Shown: positions 1 to 14,527, counted from the stretch's first letter. The stretch: DNA of 64,000 bases from Takakia lepidozioides (GCA_030704615.1 CM060733.1:76583551-76647550); one strand, 5' to 3'. A program made the numbers and translations. Notes: generated from the letters alone by a model not told the origin.

Positions 1-2994
1 GATCAAAGTATCTCTTCGCGCAATCAATCAACTCCTGGAGATTGGTTGGAGTCTCCCCTATGCCTGCGAAGTCATCCGCAAACATAAGGGCTGGTATGGT
101 GGTATCACCCACCCTTAACCCAAATCCCTCACTTTCCACATCCTCGAGGAGTTGATTGATGAAAACATTGAAGAGCAGAGGGGAGAGAGTACATCCTTGA
201 GCTACACCTTGGTCTATGTCAAAGAAGTTGGACTTCTGTCCGTTAACAGGGACACAGCTTTTGGTGTGAGCATACAAGTTGTGGACAACTCTCCACATCT
301 TTCCCTTGATCCCACAAGACCAGAGGCGGAACCATAGGCCATCTCTCCACACTGTGTCATAAGCCTTTTTGACATCCAGGAAAAAAACTTAAGTGGGTTT
401 CCCTTCTTTTTTCCTTCCCTGGATAATCTGGCTTAGAGTGAAGATATGATCCACACAGCCCCTGTTTCGCCGAAAGCCAGCTTGGCCTTCGTGGAAACAA
501 CCTCTAGACTCCAGATCAACCTCGAGACGAGTACTTATAACTCTGCAGAATGTCTTGCCAACAGCATTGAGGAGCGTGATGCCACGTAGTTCCCCGGTTC
601 TTCTCTGTCACCCTTCTTGTATAGATTGACAATGACCCCCTGTCGCCAGCGAAAGGGGATCATTTCAGTCTTCCAGATAAGGTTAAAGAGGAGAACTAGG
701 GCCTCTATCATGGGATCGCCACCGTGCTTAATAAGCTCGTTGACAATACCATCAGGTCCACCAGCTTTATATCCATTTAAATGTTCAATTGCTTCCACAA
801 TCTCAGAAGAACTAATGGGAGCATTATAAGCCATTGAAATATACTCCAGTTCATCAGGGCTGTTTTGAATCATAGGAACGGTCCAACTTTGTCCCCATTC
901 AGCAGAAGACCCCTCACTGTTAGACCTAGAAGTTCTGCCAAGGATACTGTAGTGAGTTTCAAAGGTTTTGACAATGTCAACCGATGAAGTCACCACGACA
1001 CCTTTAGTAGTCTTCAGCGCTTGTACTTGCTGACCGTTTTTCGGCTTGTACAAACGTTGAAGGGCCAACCAGAATTTCTTGTCATTACCACCATGGTGGT
1101 TTGAGTTTATTTCACTGTATAACTTGTCCCAGTATAATTTCTTCTGAGACCTAACAAGCTGATTGATATCTTTACGGAGCTGGTAGTACCTCGCCCACAA
1201 TTCTCTGTTGGTTTCCAAATTGCAGCACTCTTTATAGAGGGCTCGTCTCTCAGCTATCTTGAGTTTGATCTCATTGGTCCACCAATTAACTGCTCTACCG
1301 CAGACAATTAGTTTCCTCCCAATGATCTTGTCAGCCACGGAGGAAACGAAACTCTCCCAAGAGTCCACTGCTCTTTCGACTTCATTTCTTGCGTTAACAG
1401 AGCGTGACTGAAGTTCTTGGAGCGATTGGACAAAATGAGGGAGAGCCTTTTGCAAGGCCTGGACGTACTCAGCCTTGACCTCCTCATTGTGGAATTCTTC
1501 TATGCGCTTCCGAATCGAACGTTTCACAGATCTCTTGGTGGTGGGAAAACACCTTTTGATCTCAGTCCAAACCAGGAAGTGGTCAGAGGTACCAATATCA
1601 GTTTTGTTGATCAACACATTGGCACACTGGGGGAACAAAATTTTGTCCATTATGATATAGTCCACAATGGAACGTTCCCCAGTTTGGGATTTCTCACGAG
1701 TCCATTGCACTTGGTCACCACTTGTCCTGTTATTCAAGGTCAAAAGCTGAAGCTCTTCTAGACAGTTAATTAACCGTCTGCCATTAGAATTCAGCTCGTC
1801 CTCACCAAAAGGTCCAATGATATCGTCCTGATGGATCCCTTTGCAACCCGGGCATTGAAGTCCCCCAATAGTACCACCTGACCTTTGGCAAGGAACAAAG
1901 ACAAAGAATCCGACCCCTTTTTGACCGCGTTTGGCAGAGGCTGCCTTGAGAGTACACATCTTACCTGCCCATTTATAACCAATGACATCTCCAACCAGTT
2001 TATTCGACGTTTCCCATGTTTCTTGCCCAGCACAGATATGAATATCATTAGTCCGAAGAACTTGTCCCACTTCAAGTTGTTTCCTTTGGTTGGTCAACCC
2101 TGAGAAGTTGAAAGTGGCCAGCCGCAAGCCAGCCCTTTGCGTGTGAATTGTTTGTCGTCTAGGTAGCTTGTGATTGCTCCTGGACGGCCAACCGTTCTGC
2201 AAAGGGTTGACAGTTACCCCATGTGTAGATTTTGCTCGTCTTGTGTAAACTTTGAGAATTGGTAAACCATTCAGGGTACCAAATCTTTCAGTTACAGGAC
2301 GCACAGGCTCCGCACACATAGGGGCAGATTGTCCGTCAGACTGCTTGGGGACAATTACCCCGTGTATAGATTTTGCTCGTCTTGTAGACTTTGAGGATTG
2401 GTAAACCATTTAGAGTACCAAATCCTTCAGTTACACGACGTTCAGGCTCTGCACACTTAGGGACAGACTGTCCATCTGACGGCTTGGAGACAATTACCCC
2501 GTGTATAGAATTTGTTCGTCTTGTGTAAACCTTGAGGATTGGTAAGCCATTCAGAGTACCAAATCCTTCAGATTCAGGACGTTCAGGTTCCGTACACTTA
2601 GGGGCATCTTGTCTTTCTGGCTGTTTGGATTCAACCTCATCCAGAGCATCAAACCGATTAGAAACTCTCAAGTTGAAGTTGTTGCCCTTGGTTGTCTTCC
2701 TAGAGCGCCCGTTTGAATCACCAATGTCTAAGACCGTTCTCCAGCCAGTCAAAGGGACGAAACTTCTTTGAGATTGAATTGATGCGGGACTCTATTAGAA
2801 GCACTTTTGGTCATTGCAACCTTCAACGTACCCCTGTTATCAAGTCTCGAGATGGTACCATTAGCCATGAAATCCAAGCCTAAGCTAGAGCATGTAGTTT
2901 TAAAGGACACATCGTCCATCCTGGGATTCACCCCAAAAACTACACATGAAGCCCTAGATTTGGCATAAGTAACCAATTCCCAGGGATCACCCTG
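1..2994 (-). mobile_element. Non-LTR retrotransposon (LINE) with APE endonuclease and RT, frameshifted, running off the window start; inserted into the PPR gene
   Basis: ORF 535-2409 has APE motifs (LATFNFSG, ICAGQETW, LGDFNARV in an adjacent frame, IVDYI, SDHFLV) and the RT start (KAGGPDGI, WRQGVIVNLYKKGD). Bases 60-480 on the minus strand encode QAGFR, QGCTLSPLLF and LMFADD. PPR coding sequence stops abruptly at ~2995. Confidence 0.9.
2212..2610 (-). repeat. ~141-bp (47-codon) tandem repeat x3 inside the LINE coding region
   Basis: The peptide FGTLNGLPILKVY occurs three times; anchors are at 2212, 2353 and 2492. A 2-bp deletion in the middle copy splits ORFs 2336-2752 and 535-2409. Confidence 0.9.
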
Positions 2995-4808
2995 AGGCAT
3001 ACATGTCCAGGAGGGTATTGTTCAGAATGACATCTAGTACAATCCCAGCTTTGATGATGTCACCATGGACCTTCCTACCCTTTTCCAGGGTTGCCAGGCC
3101 CGCACACGCATTGCAAACACAAACAAATGTGACCCGGTTGGGCTTCACACCTTCCTGCATCATTTGCTCATAAGTCTCCAAAGCCTCCATCCCACACCCA
3201 TGCTGCACATATCCTGCAATCATCGAACTCCATGACACTACATCTCGTTCAGCCATATTGTCAAACTCTCCCTTTGCACCTCTGATGTTGCTGCATTTGG
3301 CATACATGTCCACAAGGGTATTGTTCAGAATCAGATCTGGTACGATTCCAGCTTTGATGATGTCTTCATGGACCTCTTTGCCTTTTTCCAGTGCTGACAG
3401 GCTCGCGCATGCATTGCAAATGCAAGTGAATGTGACCCGGTTGGGCTTCACCCCTTCCTGCATCATTTGCTCATAGGTCTCCAAACCCTCCAGCTCATAT
3501 CCATGCTGGGCATATCCTGCAATCATTATATTCCAGGACACTACATCCCGTTCAGCCATATTCTCGAACACTCCCTTTGCATCTCCACATTTGGCATACA
3601 TGTCCATGAGGGCAGTGTTCAGAATGACATCTGATACAATTCCAGCTTTGATAATCTCACCATGGACCTCTTTGCCCTTTTCCAGGGCTGCCAGGCTCAC
3701 ACATGCATTGCAAATACAAACAAATGTGGCCCGGTTGGGCTTCACCCTTCCTGCATCATTTGCTCATAGGTCTCCAAAGCCTCCATGCCACACCCATGCT
3801 GCACATATCCTGCAATCATCGCATTCCAGGACACCACGTCTCATTCGGTCATATTTTTGAACGTTCCTTTGCATCTTCGATGCTGCCACATTGGGCATAC
3901 ATGTCCACGAGGGTAGTGTTCAGAATGACATCTGGTACAAGTCCAGCTTTGATTACATCACCATGGACCTCTTTGCCCTTTTCCAGGGCTGCCAGGCTCA
4001 CACACGCATTGCAGACACACACAAATGTGATCCGGTTGGGCTTCACTCCTTCCTGCATCATTTGCTCATAGGTCTCCAAAGCCTCTATGCCACACCCATG
4101 CCTGACATATCCTGCGATTATTGCATTCCAGGACACCACATCCTGTGCAGCCATATTGTCGAACACCCCCTTTGCATCTTTGATGCTGCCGCATTTGTCA
4201 TACATTCCCATGAGGGTTTTGTTCAGAATGACACCTGGTACAATTCCAGCTTTGATGATGTCACCATGGATCTCTTTGCCATTTTCCAGGGCTGCCAGGC
4301 TTGCACATGCATTGCAAACGCAAACGAATGTGACCCGGTTGGGCGTCACCCCTTCCTGCATCATTTGCTCATATGTCTCCAAGGCATTCTTACCACACCC
4401 ATACTTGGTAAATCCTACCATCATTGTATTCCATGTGAACAAACCTCGTTCAGGCATTTTGTTGAACACTTGGTGTGCAGCCATGATGCTCCCGCATTAA
4501 ACATACATGTTCACAAGGGTGTTCTGTAGAAAAACATTTGGTTTGAATCCACTTTGGGTAATGTGAGAGTGCACCTGCTTTCCCATTTCCAGGCCTTTCA
4601 TCTTGACGCACGCATGCAAGAGACAGACACAAGTATCTGTACCTGCTGAAATGCTTCCTTGGTTCAAAATTTGAAGAGCCTCTTTCAGTTTCCCTGCCTC
4701 ACATAGTGTCCTCATATACCCGGAATTTCCAGAAGAGGTCCTGTGGACTCCCTCTCTTGGTCCTCTTTTGGAGGTTGTGGTCATTGTGAGAGTGCCTGAT
4801 TTTATCAA
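2995..4808 (-). pseudogene. PLS-class pentatricopeptide repeat (PPR) gene, frameshifted and truncated by the LINE
   Basis: ORFs 4497-4808, 3849-4484 and 2987-3745 show repeated P-L-S triplets (DVVSWNAIIAGYVRHG / PNRVTFVCVCNAC / DVILNTTLVDMYAKCG) in ~303-bp near-identical units, joined by frameshifts. Confidence 0.92.
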
Positions 4809-7503
4809 TTGTGCCCCTGCTGCTGCTTGCAGTTGACCATCTAATCATGCAGGTTTCTTGTAGCTATCAATAAGACGACCTCCCAAAACCAAGAAGACCC
4901 TCCCAAGTACCTTGTAAACACCAAGAAAAACCCTTGCGCAATGCAATTTCATGGCCTGTTTAGGAACAACAACCTATGATACAGACAGGGACAGCCACTT
5001 TTGCAGAACAGAAAACCTTCTTCACATCATGTAAGAAGAAAGAGAGGCGTCCTAGGGGTAAACCCTCTAAACCTTGATATGTAGGTTGTCCCACCATTGT
5101 GAAGGATAAATATGCTCACCTTTTTCCCTGGGATTCTCACTGGAGAACGCTCTCCTGGATGCGCCGTTTGAAGAAATGCCCTCCGCACAGTCGAGCTCTG
5201 CCAAACCTATCTAAACCTATTCTAAATGCCAGGCCTTATCAACCTATGTAGCCATTGCGCTCGCGCTCTCTCTCTCTCTCCTTTGAACATTAAACAGAAG
5301 CAGGGAGGAAAAGGGTCAGTCTCGACGAAGTACCGTTCAAGAAGTTATTTTCGGATTTTTCGGGCAATCCGGGCAGATAGAAAGAAATTGACGACGTACG
5401 AAACGTGGCGACGACAGGTGGCTACGACACGTGGCAACGATGATGTGGCACTATGGCACCCTATTCCTGCTCTATGCTAAACTAGCTCTCGACCTTCGGT
5501 TGTCGCTAGAATCTAAGGTGGACCCCACATACCCCATCTAAAAGTAAGATCCGGACCTGACCTGCTACATTGGCCTGCCGGTAGGGGTTAACGGGTTCTG
5601 GACCCGGCAGGCGGGTCCGGGTGCAGGTAACCTGGATCCTAACCCACCCGCCTTCAAAACCCAGATCCGCACAACACTGGTTCACACATTCCCATCGTCA
5701 AGCTTTTCACTTGGATCACCAATTTGAGGTCTTTCTTTTAAAAAGGAACGAGAATGGTCATACTTTTGTGCCAACAGTTATACCAAATTTTTTAGTATAA
5801 TAGAAATATGCAATGAGTTAAAATAATTTATAAATTGTATAAAGCTAACAAAGGGCTTCCTCCCCTTTTCCTCTAAAAGAAAACAAATTTCATTGTAAGA
5901 GATACCAAAAAGTAATAGCTAACCCCTAAAGGACGAAGCGAGGGGTCCACCTCCCCTAGATGTGAGTGGATGGAGGTGGGCCCCAAGATAAAGTGAAGGG
6001 GTTAGGGAGAAGCACACGTGTGAATTTAAAGCGCATCAAAATATTAAAATTTCTGTTCCCTAGATTTTTTTTAAAGTCCAAATTAGGCGTTGACTTGTCT
6101 ACGTGGCAGGCTAAATGAGGAATCTTGCAAACAACATCTAGGGCTCAGATTTTATCAAAATTCCAAATTTTTTTGACAATGCACTTGGTAATGTTAGTGT
6201 GCACTTACTTACCACAGGAGTTAGAAAAAAAATATCATGTCATGGCTCTACTTGGGTAAGAGGCCAATCCATATAATTTACCCCTAGATTTCACATACAA
6301 AGCACCCCCACTTTATTTTTGGCAGATTCACCTGATTTTTGGTGTGAGGGTTTGGGATGTAGCACTACACTAGAATATGACACTTTTTTTCCCAGAAATT
6401 TTTTGCAACATTGATTTTTTTCTTGGTCAAAAATCAAGTTTTGGTTTTTGTTTTTCATTTTCCAAAAAATGCACCATTTTCAATTGTTATAATCTCCCAA
6501 ACAAAATGGTGGAATCTCAAAAAATTTGGGGTGCATGTGCATCTGGTAGGTAGGTATGACTTTGTACAGTTCATCCATGTGGATGAAGGGGGGTTAGGGA
6601 GCCAGAGGCTTACATGTGAAGTTTTGTCCCAAAATCCAAAAAGAGGTCTCATCCTTTAAGGGCTAAACATTGTGTTAGAGTGCTATTACCTAAACTATCA
6701 TTTTAGTGATATACAACTTGTGCCCATACTTTGCTAAAAACTCATTGTAAGCAAAATAAGCAAAATTACAGAAAAGAAAAATTAAAAACAGAGGTGGTGA
6801 GAACAATCCTACTTAAAAATGCATTGTTACCCCTGAGTAGTTTGTGGTGGGAAGGTTGAGACATGGTCACGGTATGCCCAATTTGCTTTTCTAATGAGGA
6901 ATCATGTGCCTCCGGTTTCTCCAGCAAAGCTTCTTCTTACATCTATTTTTTACCAACAAAACTCTCCATTTTTAAAAACATTGTGAGCTTGTTGCCAACT
7001 TGGCTTGGACTTTGATTTTTATTCATTCTATGGTATTTGGCAGCATTTTGCTCACACTTTTCCTTTGCTTTCATTGCTCAATAATATTCAGCCGGGTCAG
7101 TCTTTAGCTGCATGCTCTAAGATACCAATTTTCTGCAACTGGCATCCCCTGTGTTACTGGACAGTCATTTGTCGTTATTGACCATATGAACTACATCCTG
7201 TTTCAATATTTCATCTGTACATATGGATGAAATATTCCATGTACACCTGTCTTGAACTAATTCGTTTGCCAATCTGTAATATCGGTACAATATTCGAGAA
7301 CCTTTTGCAGCGTCCCGGGCAGGCTGGGGCAGGCCGATAAAAAAAAGTAAAAATCAGTAGCTCAGATGGTTAAGTGCACTGAGTGCCACCCAGATGATTC
7401 TGGGGTCAAATTTTGCTACTGACGGGTGTTGGTATGGTTCCTGGGCGGTGTCCCACTCATTCGCCTCCATGGCGCATAAATGAAAGAGGTTATTTTCTCC
7501 TCT

Positions 7504-7516
7504 CACTACTCAGGGG
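7504..7516 (+). mobile_element. Possible CACTA terminus (CACTACTCAGGGG)
   Basis: Starts with CACTA. A near-complement (CCCCTGAGTAGT) lies at ~6830, and the following ~50 bp resemble 30530-30575 in reverse. No paired end or TSD was established. Confidence 0.35.
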
Positions 7517-7639
7517 CCTGATTTGTGAGCTGTCGCTCCCAGGTGTTTCCCTTTAAAAATAAATAAAAATAAAAATAAAAATTGGGCCGAGCAGAACGGG
7601 ATTTGTGCACCTGAACCATGCCAACTGTCTGGCATCCAG

Positions 7640-7925
7640 GTGAATTCATCCATCCATCCATCTTTCCAGTCCACCGACCTCCATCCATCCAGTCGAACGT
7701 CGTCCATCCTTTGTTCGTCCATTCCACTCACCCTCAGCCATCCATTCAAACGTCGTCCATCCTTTGTTCGTCTCTTCCACTCACCTCTATCCATCCGTGA
7801 AACGTCGTCCATCCTTTGTTCGTCTCTTCCACTCACCTCCATCCATCCAGTTAAACGTCGTCCATCCTTTGTTCGTTTCGTCCACTCACCTCTATCCATC
7901 CAGTCCAACGTCTCCATCCTTTGTT
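7640..7925. repeat. ~53-bp tandem repeat x5
   Basis: CGTCGTCCATCCTTTGTTCG (last copy degenerate) recurs at about 7698, 7751, 7803, 7857 and 7909. Confidence 0.85.
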
Positions 7926-9178
7926 TCTCGTTTTCATTCTACAGAGTTCGTCGTTGGTGCTTTCACTACTTTACGAGGATATCATTATTCTCATATATAA
8001 TTTCCAGCTAATCAAAAAGCCTGCTACCCAAAAAAACAAAGCTTGATGTATTTTATGGTGAAATGAAATATGCGATGAGCTGGCAGGTGCCAAAAATTAC
8101 GGGATTAGTTAAACGAAAAGTGAAGACCTAGATTTACTTTTGTCACCGTTGGTACCCCTTGTGCGGGGTAGGCTCCTTCCTGGCTCGCGAGAGAGAAGAC
8201 CCTGTCTGCCTCGCTCGCTCGCTCTCCGTGTATGGACTGCGCCTGGGATGGACGCGCTGTGCATCTACAACCGTTCCGCGCTGTTTCGGAGGGCTTCATT
8301 CCACGCGCCAACACTTTGATTTGCTTTTCTCCGTGGTCTGATGTTTCGGAATGCTGTAGCGATCTCTGTCTGTTGCTCTGTGAAATGTCTGGAAGATCTG
8401 CGTGGTTACGTCTCAATGGAAAGTGATGATGATTGTCTTAATCAGTGCGCGTCTGCTTGACATGATATTCCTGAAGGGAACTACATTCGTACTCGGAGGT
8501 TGTGTATAAAGTATCAGGATCGCAATTGCGAGCGAATCGTTTGGCGAGTTGTCGTGGATGGGAGAAAGTTGACAGACAGGCGGGAGTTGTTGGAACAGGA
8601 TGAGATGTCTGTATGCGGAGCTGCAGACTAAATTCCACACTGCACCCCTATTCCTCGTATCTCCTACTGAAGCGAACATACTCTGCCTCTCAAGCTTAAG
8701 TTGCTGAGGAACTGATAATACTTGCACAGATAGTCTCCGCGGAAAACATGTCCCAAGCCACCTAGTGGATTTTGCTTGCTCATTCTGTCGAATTTGAAGA
8801 GGATTAAGAAATAGAATCATTTGACCCGCTTCCCGCTCATTCCAGTGGCTGAGGGACATAAGCCGGTATTCCATCGAGCGACAAGCAACTCTCCGAGTTA
8901 ACAGCATCAGACTTCATAACGGCTCAGCATATACTTATCGATTGATGTGACGGCTCCTGGCTGCAGCAATGCACAATATGATGTTGTTTCAAGAGCTTCA
9001 TTCTTCAGGATTTCTCCTGATCCGCTACTAGATGAGTTACCGTCCTTTCGCATTGGGCCACTTTGCGTAAGAGAACTACTTTCGCATTCATCCAGCCAAG
9101 GAAGACGAGTACTTAGCCGCAGAGTCTTAAGCACCTTAGTGAAACGTTCATAAGAATTGAGTTGGCGGCAACCTAACA

Positions 9179-9357
9179 ATGGCACCATCTGCCACAGCAA
9201 TGTCGAGTATAAAACATGGAACATCGACTGGCGCTGACATCAATGTCCTTGGGACTCCTTTTCCTCCATTGAAAGTGGAGTTTTCAGGTGAATAAAATTG
9301 AGTTTCTATTTATTTATTGATCGTCACCTGCAGATAGAATGCCTCTAGTCAACCAAC

Positions 9358-9454
<97 letters not shown>

Positions 9455-12400
9455 TGCCTTCTTTGGTGGGGTGGATTTGCACTACCATTAGATTGCTGGG
9501 TCAAAGCATCTGCTGATTGTCAGGGCAGGCTGTGGGTAGTACGATCACTTTGAGACGAGTTAATGTGGTCAATTAACCAGTCTAAAACCAAAATGGCTGC
9601 AGACGATGACCTCAGAGAAACAGCTTATGAGATACTTGTGGCTGCCAGTGGGAGTTCTGCAATGAGTGCAAGGAGCATGGGGCCTGGAGGTCGAAGCAAA
9701 GCTGCTGAGAAATCTCTTACCTCGGCTGCCGCCAGTCGCGTGAAGAAGGCTCTAGGTCTTCATTCCAAGGGTCCTAAGGATCTGCAAAGCTCATCATCAT
9801 CTAAAATTAAGAAGCCTGTCACAGTTGCGGAAATCATGAGGGTACAAATGCAGGTCTCTGAACAAAGTGATATGCGGACTCGGCGGGCTCTCTCTCGGGC
9901 TGCAGCAGGACAGGTACTAACAGGGATTTCTGTCCTTTGAAACAAACACTATTTTTTTCTAGCCTCTCGTGAAAGATTCTGGCTTGCTGCTTCATTGACA
10001 TGCATCCTCACGGAGGCTGAATGTTATGTCCTCTATGATGCTTAACTATGCACATAAGCTCTCTTGAACTCGATTAATATCCAGGAAACTATCTGTAATT
10101 CCATGGCTGGGGGGCAGCCCGAGGAAACTTAGTTTTCAAGCGGATTAGCAGGTTGGTCTGCTGCTGGCAGTGTGGTACTGACAGTCTGGAGTAGTTCAAT
10201 GAGACTAATGCAGAGGAAAGCCCCTACAAAGCTTCACAACATTACTTCTGGCATTGGTCCCCCCATAACTATAGATGCAGCAAGTATCACCTTCCACTGA
10301 GCTGAACAGATCGATTGGATAGAACTGTGAGCAGTTTTTTACTCGAAGGCTGGTTCAAAACTTCCGAATTCCAGCAGCATTCAAATTGGAAGTTTGTCTG
10401 TGATATACAGCAGCTCCAAGGAAATCTTGTATCAGACAACAAAGTTATTACCCTTTTACAGTTCCAAGTCTTCATGTCATGTTGATGACTCGTCTTTTGC
10501 TAAGAATTGCCCTTCGTAGAGAGGGAAGTTGAAACCCTGTTCTGCTTTTGGTGACGTTGATGGATTTGGTGTTGTTGATTTTCCAGGCCAGTAAGCGCAG
10601 TGAGTTGATGTTGGTTCCACTGGAACTGTTGCAAAACATTGGGTCTTCTGCCTTCACAGATCAGAAAGAATATCAACGTTGGTTGAAGCGCCAGCTACGA
10701 GTGTTGGAAGCAGGTCTTCTTGCCCATCCCTTGGTGCAAGGAGATGGGGGGCTAGACTCACTTCGTTTGAAACAAACCTTACAGGACATGCCTAACAAAT
10801 CTGTGGAAACAGGAAAGAATTCAGAGACTATGCAAGCCTTGCGCAATGCAGCTATGGGACGTGCTACAAGGGCCTTAAATGGCGAGTATGCGGATTGCCT
10901 TCACTGGGCCGACGGGTTCCCTTTGAATGTATATCTGTACAAGGCACTCCTCCATGCTTGCTTTGACACTCTTGAAGAAGGTTCAGTGGTTGACGAGGTG
11001 GATGACATGCTTGACTTGATCAAGAAGACATGGGGAGTCTTGGGCATTGACCAAATGACACACAATTTGTGCTTTATGTGGGTCCTATTCCATCAATTCG
11101 TGGTAACTGGCCAAACAGAAGCTGACCTTCTTGGGGCTTCTGAGACACAGATGATCGAGGTTGCCAAGGATGCAAAGCTGCAAGTGCAGCCTGATCAGTT
11201 ACAGCTGCTGAATGCTACACTTAGCACAATGCAATCTTGGGCAGAGAAAAGGCTTCTAGCATACCATGACTCATTTCCTGGGGGAGCCAAGGGGCCGATG
11301 GAGGGATTACTGTCACTGGCTATCTCAGCTGCCGAAATTCTCCATGAGGATATATCACAGGAGTATCGGCGCCGACGGAAGGACGACTCCAATGTTGCAA
11401 GCAGCCGTATTGATGTCTATGTCCGTTCATCCATCAGGACTGCATTTGCCCAGGTAATTGAAATCATGGCATTGCTTGATGTCCTTTTATGGATTAGTGT
11501 CCAGTGTTTTCTGATGTCTGCTGAGATACCCAAGTTAGCTCTACCTTGGTAGATTATACTCGACAGAGTGGTTGGCTGTAGTCGTTAACTGATTGACCAC
11601 CTGTTTACACTGATATTGAGGTGATAAGGTTTTCCTGAACATAGCATCAACCTAAAGGTTCTATGTTCTGCCACTTCTTCAGGTAGGTGTCCCACAGCTC
11701 AAGCTTAAAAAGCTAGTCTGTGCAGTCTTCTCGTGATGTTTTTGGAAGGCCCACCAGTCAACCTGTTGTTGGAAGACACTTATGTCTTAAGTCGTCCACA
11801 TTAATGAGGGGAACAGGCGGATGACGATGAGGATGGCAGATGGAATGAATTTAATATACAGTATTAGGCATCTGACGGAAAACAAACACCCTGACATTAC
11901 CTGTACATGATATTCGAGGAGTTCATGATGGATGATTGGATTTGTTACACAACTGCACACGGTCCTCACAGATGATGGAGAGCGTGGATATGAGGAGGAG
12001 ATCGTTCAAGGGCACTGGTGGGCCCCCTCCAGCACTAGCAATCTTGGCAAATGACACATCAACTCTTGCATCAGAGGAAGTAGACAACTTCAGCCCTGTG
12101 CTAAAGAGATGGCACCCATACGCAGCAGGTGTTGCTGCTGCCACACTCCATGCTTGCTACAGGAGAGAATTCAAACAATATCTGTCAGGGACAACCTCTC
12201 TAACAACTGACACAGTGCAAATACTGGAGGCAGCTGACCAACTGGAGAAGCACCTAGTACAAATTGCAGTGGAAGATGGTGTTGAGTGTGAAGATGGAGG
12301 GAAGGGATTGATCCGAGAGATGCCACCCTTTGAAGCGGACACTGCTGTGGCAGATCTATCCAAGAAGTGGGTTTCAGACAAGCTGGAGAGAATGGGAGAC

Positions 12401-14527
12401 TGGGTGAGTCGCAACGTCCAACAAGAGGTACCGTACCTTGCATACACTCTCTCTCCACACACACCCAGCTTTTGTAAGAAAGCAATTGCTGAAGGAAATC
12501 TCCCATGAGGGATTGTATACGACTCATGACTGAAGGAATTCGCAGAGCTACTCAATCATACTGAGTTACTCTAATAGTAGTCATTTTTTCGGAAAATGAA
12601 AATGTGGCAAAAAAGACTATTCTGTGCAATCATAGCACTGGGGTTCTTCAATGCCACCAACTGGAAACCCGTGATACGCAGAGTGGCCACACTTTGTGGG
12701 CTAGATAGGATTGTGATATGGTAACGGTTTACGGCGTTGTTGAACCTAGGGCAGTGAAGCCTGTGGTTTCAATATCATTACTCATAGAAGACCCTTGATT
12801 TACAGAAGGACAGAAGACGGGGACATGATTGGATTTCAGTCACCTTGTTACCTGATTGCTTACCCCATGTGAAAGTCCCAGCGCATTAGTCATGTAGATC
12901 CATAGAGGATCAACCTTCTTCGAAGTTCCACCAAGTTTCCTGAATTTGGTGAGTCTCCTTCGCAGTCTAACAGACAGATTTGGGTGGTTTGTGCAGCAAT
13001 GGCAGCCGAATGCCATTAGAGAGCGTTATGCCCGCTCGGTGGTGGAGGTGCTTCGGATCATGGAGGAAACACTAGAAGCCTTTTTTGAACTACCTGTATC
13101 ACAATACCCTGACCTCTTGCAAGACTTGGTGACCGGGTTAGATAAGGCGCTGCAGCGCTATGCTTCCCAAACTGTAGCCCCCTGTGGTATGCTCCCTTGC
13201 TCCATGATATTTAATACTCAAACTGGATTTAGACACCATGTTGTCAAATTCCTTGAAAGCTGATTCTTTGCTTGACTGTTTCTGGATCCGAGGACACTTC
13301 GTGGTTTTACAAGCACCTGTGCTGCTTTCAGAGCCAGCTGCCTTGCATGTAGTGATATACTTGTGCTCACTCAATTATGCTATGGGACAGTGCTTGCTCG
13401 GGTGACTTTCTGTGAGAGAAAATCCGCCTTGCAACTCCTCTTACTTCCAATCTCAGCATCTTTACCTGCCTACTGACCTCTTTCCAACAGGCAGGATGAA
13501 TTGGTAAGAGGAGGAAAGCGTTGATCCTTTTGTGCATCCCAACTCACAAAGATGGTATATCCTGCATGAACTGAAGGATAGAATCAAGCTACGCTGTGAA
13601 CCTGATCTTTGACCTAAATGCTTCTCTATTCGGGTTTTTGCAGGCACCAAAGACTTGCACATTCCGTCTTTACCACCTCTCACACGATGCAAGACCAGCA
13701 GCAAGTCATGGCTTGGCTTGCACAAGAGCAAAGGGAGGGCTGAAGAAAGCAATGGCAGCACTACACACCGGGGGCCTGCTACTGGTGGGGATGCCTTCAG
13801 TCTGCCCTATCTATGTGTCCGCATCAATACCCTACAACACATCATCACAGAACTGGAGTTCATTGAAAAGAAGATCCGTTTTGGCTGGCAAAAAGACCCC
13901 ACTGTTACGTCCAATGGTGGTAAAAGTGCTAAGAGTGCGAAGTCGAAACCTGCCGCTCCCCCTCCAGTTGCCTTATCAGTCGACAGCAGTTTCAAGAGAA
14001 CAAGGGGGCAAGTCCAGGAGGGTGTCCAGCAGCTGATTGAACTTGCTGCATATAGGGTTGCTTTCTCAGACTTAAGGGGTACATTTTGGGAGGGGCTTTA
14101 TGTGGGAAGGGTGGCAAATGCCAGAATCTCTAGTGTTACTGAGCAGCTGGACGCCAAATTAGGGATCATAGCTGACACTTCTTCAGATCGCCTAAGGAAT
14201 CCTGTTGTGGGGGCCCTTATGCGGGCGTGCTTTGAATGTTTCCTGTTAGTTCTTTTGGCTGGCGGGCCATCTCGTGCATTCACAGTTAGCGACGCAGACA
14301 TCCTTAAGGAGGATTTTGGAAACCTCAAGGACCTCTTCAAGGCTGATGGAGAGGGGTTGCCATCAGATGTGGTGGAAAAGGCAGCTGCCCGTGCAGCACA
14401 GGTCCTGTCGTTGTTTGATCTTCCCAGTAATGAGCTCATTGAAATTTTCACATCTTTGGATGGGGTGGCAAGCAGATCAGGATCCAGACTCTCCCTTCCC
14501 CCGACTACAGGAGTTTGGAGCGCATCA
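9179..14527 (+). CDS. Protein unc-13 homolog / PATROL1-like (DUF810, MHD1/MHD2); 3' end lost in the assembly gap. Exons approx. 9179-9287, 9603-9913, 10587-11453, 11972-12427, 12997-13186, 13644->14527
   Basis: Family motifs SDDDLRETAYEIL, LTSAAASRVKKALGL, PLELLQ, HWADGFPLN, FSPVLKRWHP, LCVRINTLQHI and LLVLLAGGPSRAF. All inferred introns are GT-AG and phase-compatible. The start codon at 9179 is inferred. Confidence 0.92.
9362..9450. repeat. (GA)n microsatellite in intron 1
   Basis: Pure GA run of ~90 bp. Confidence 0.98.

Noticed and set aside
8105-9160. Extra upstream exons or a separate gene before the unc-13-like gene (e.g. LPSFRIG in 8947-9153)
   Set aside because: No convincing domain or splice chain; there is an in-frame stop at 9158 ahead of the 9179 ATG.
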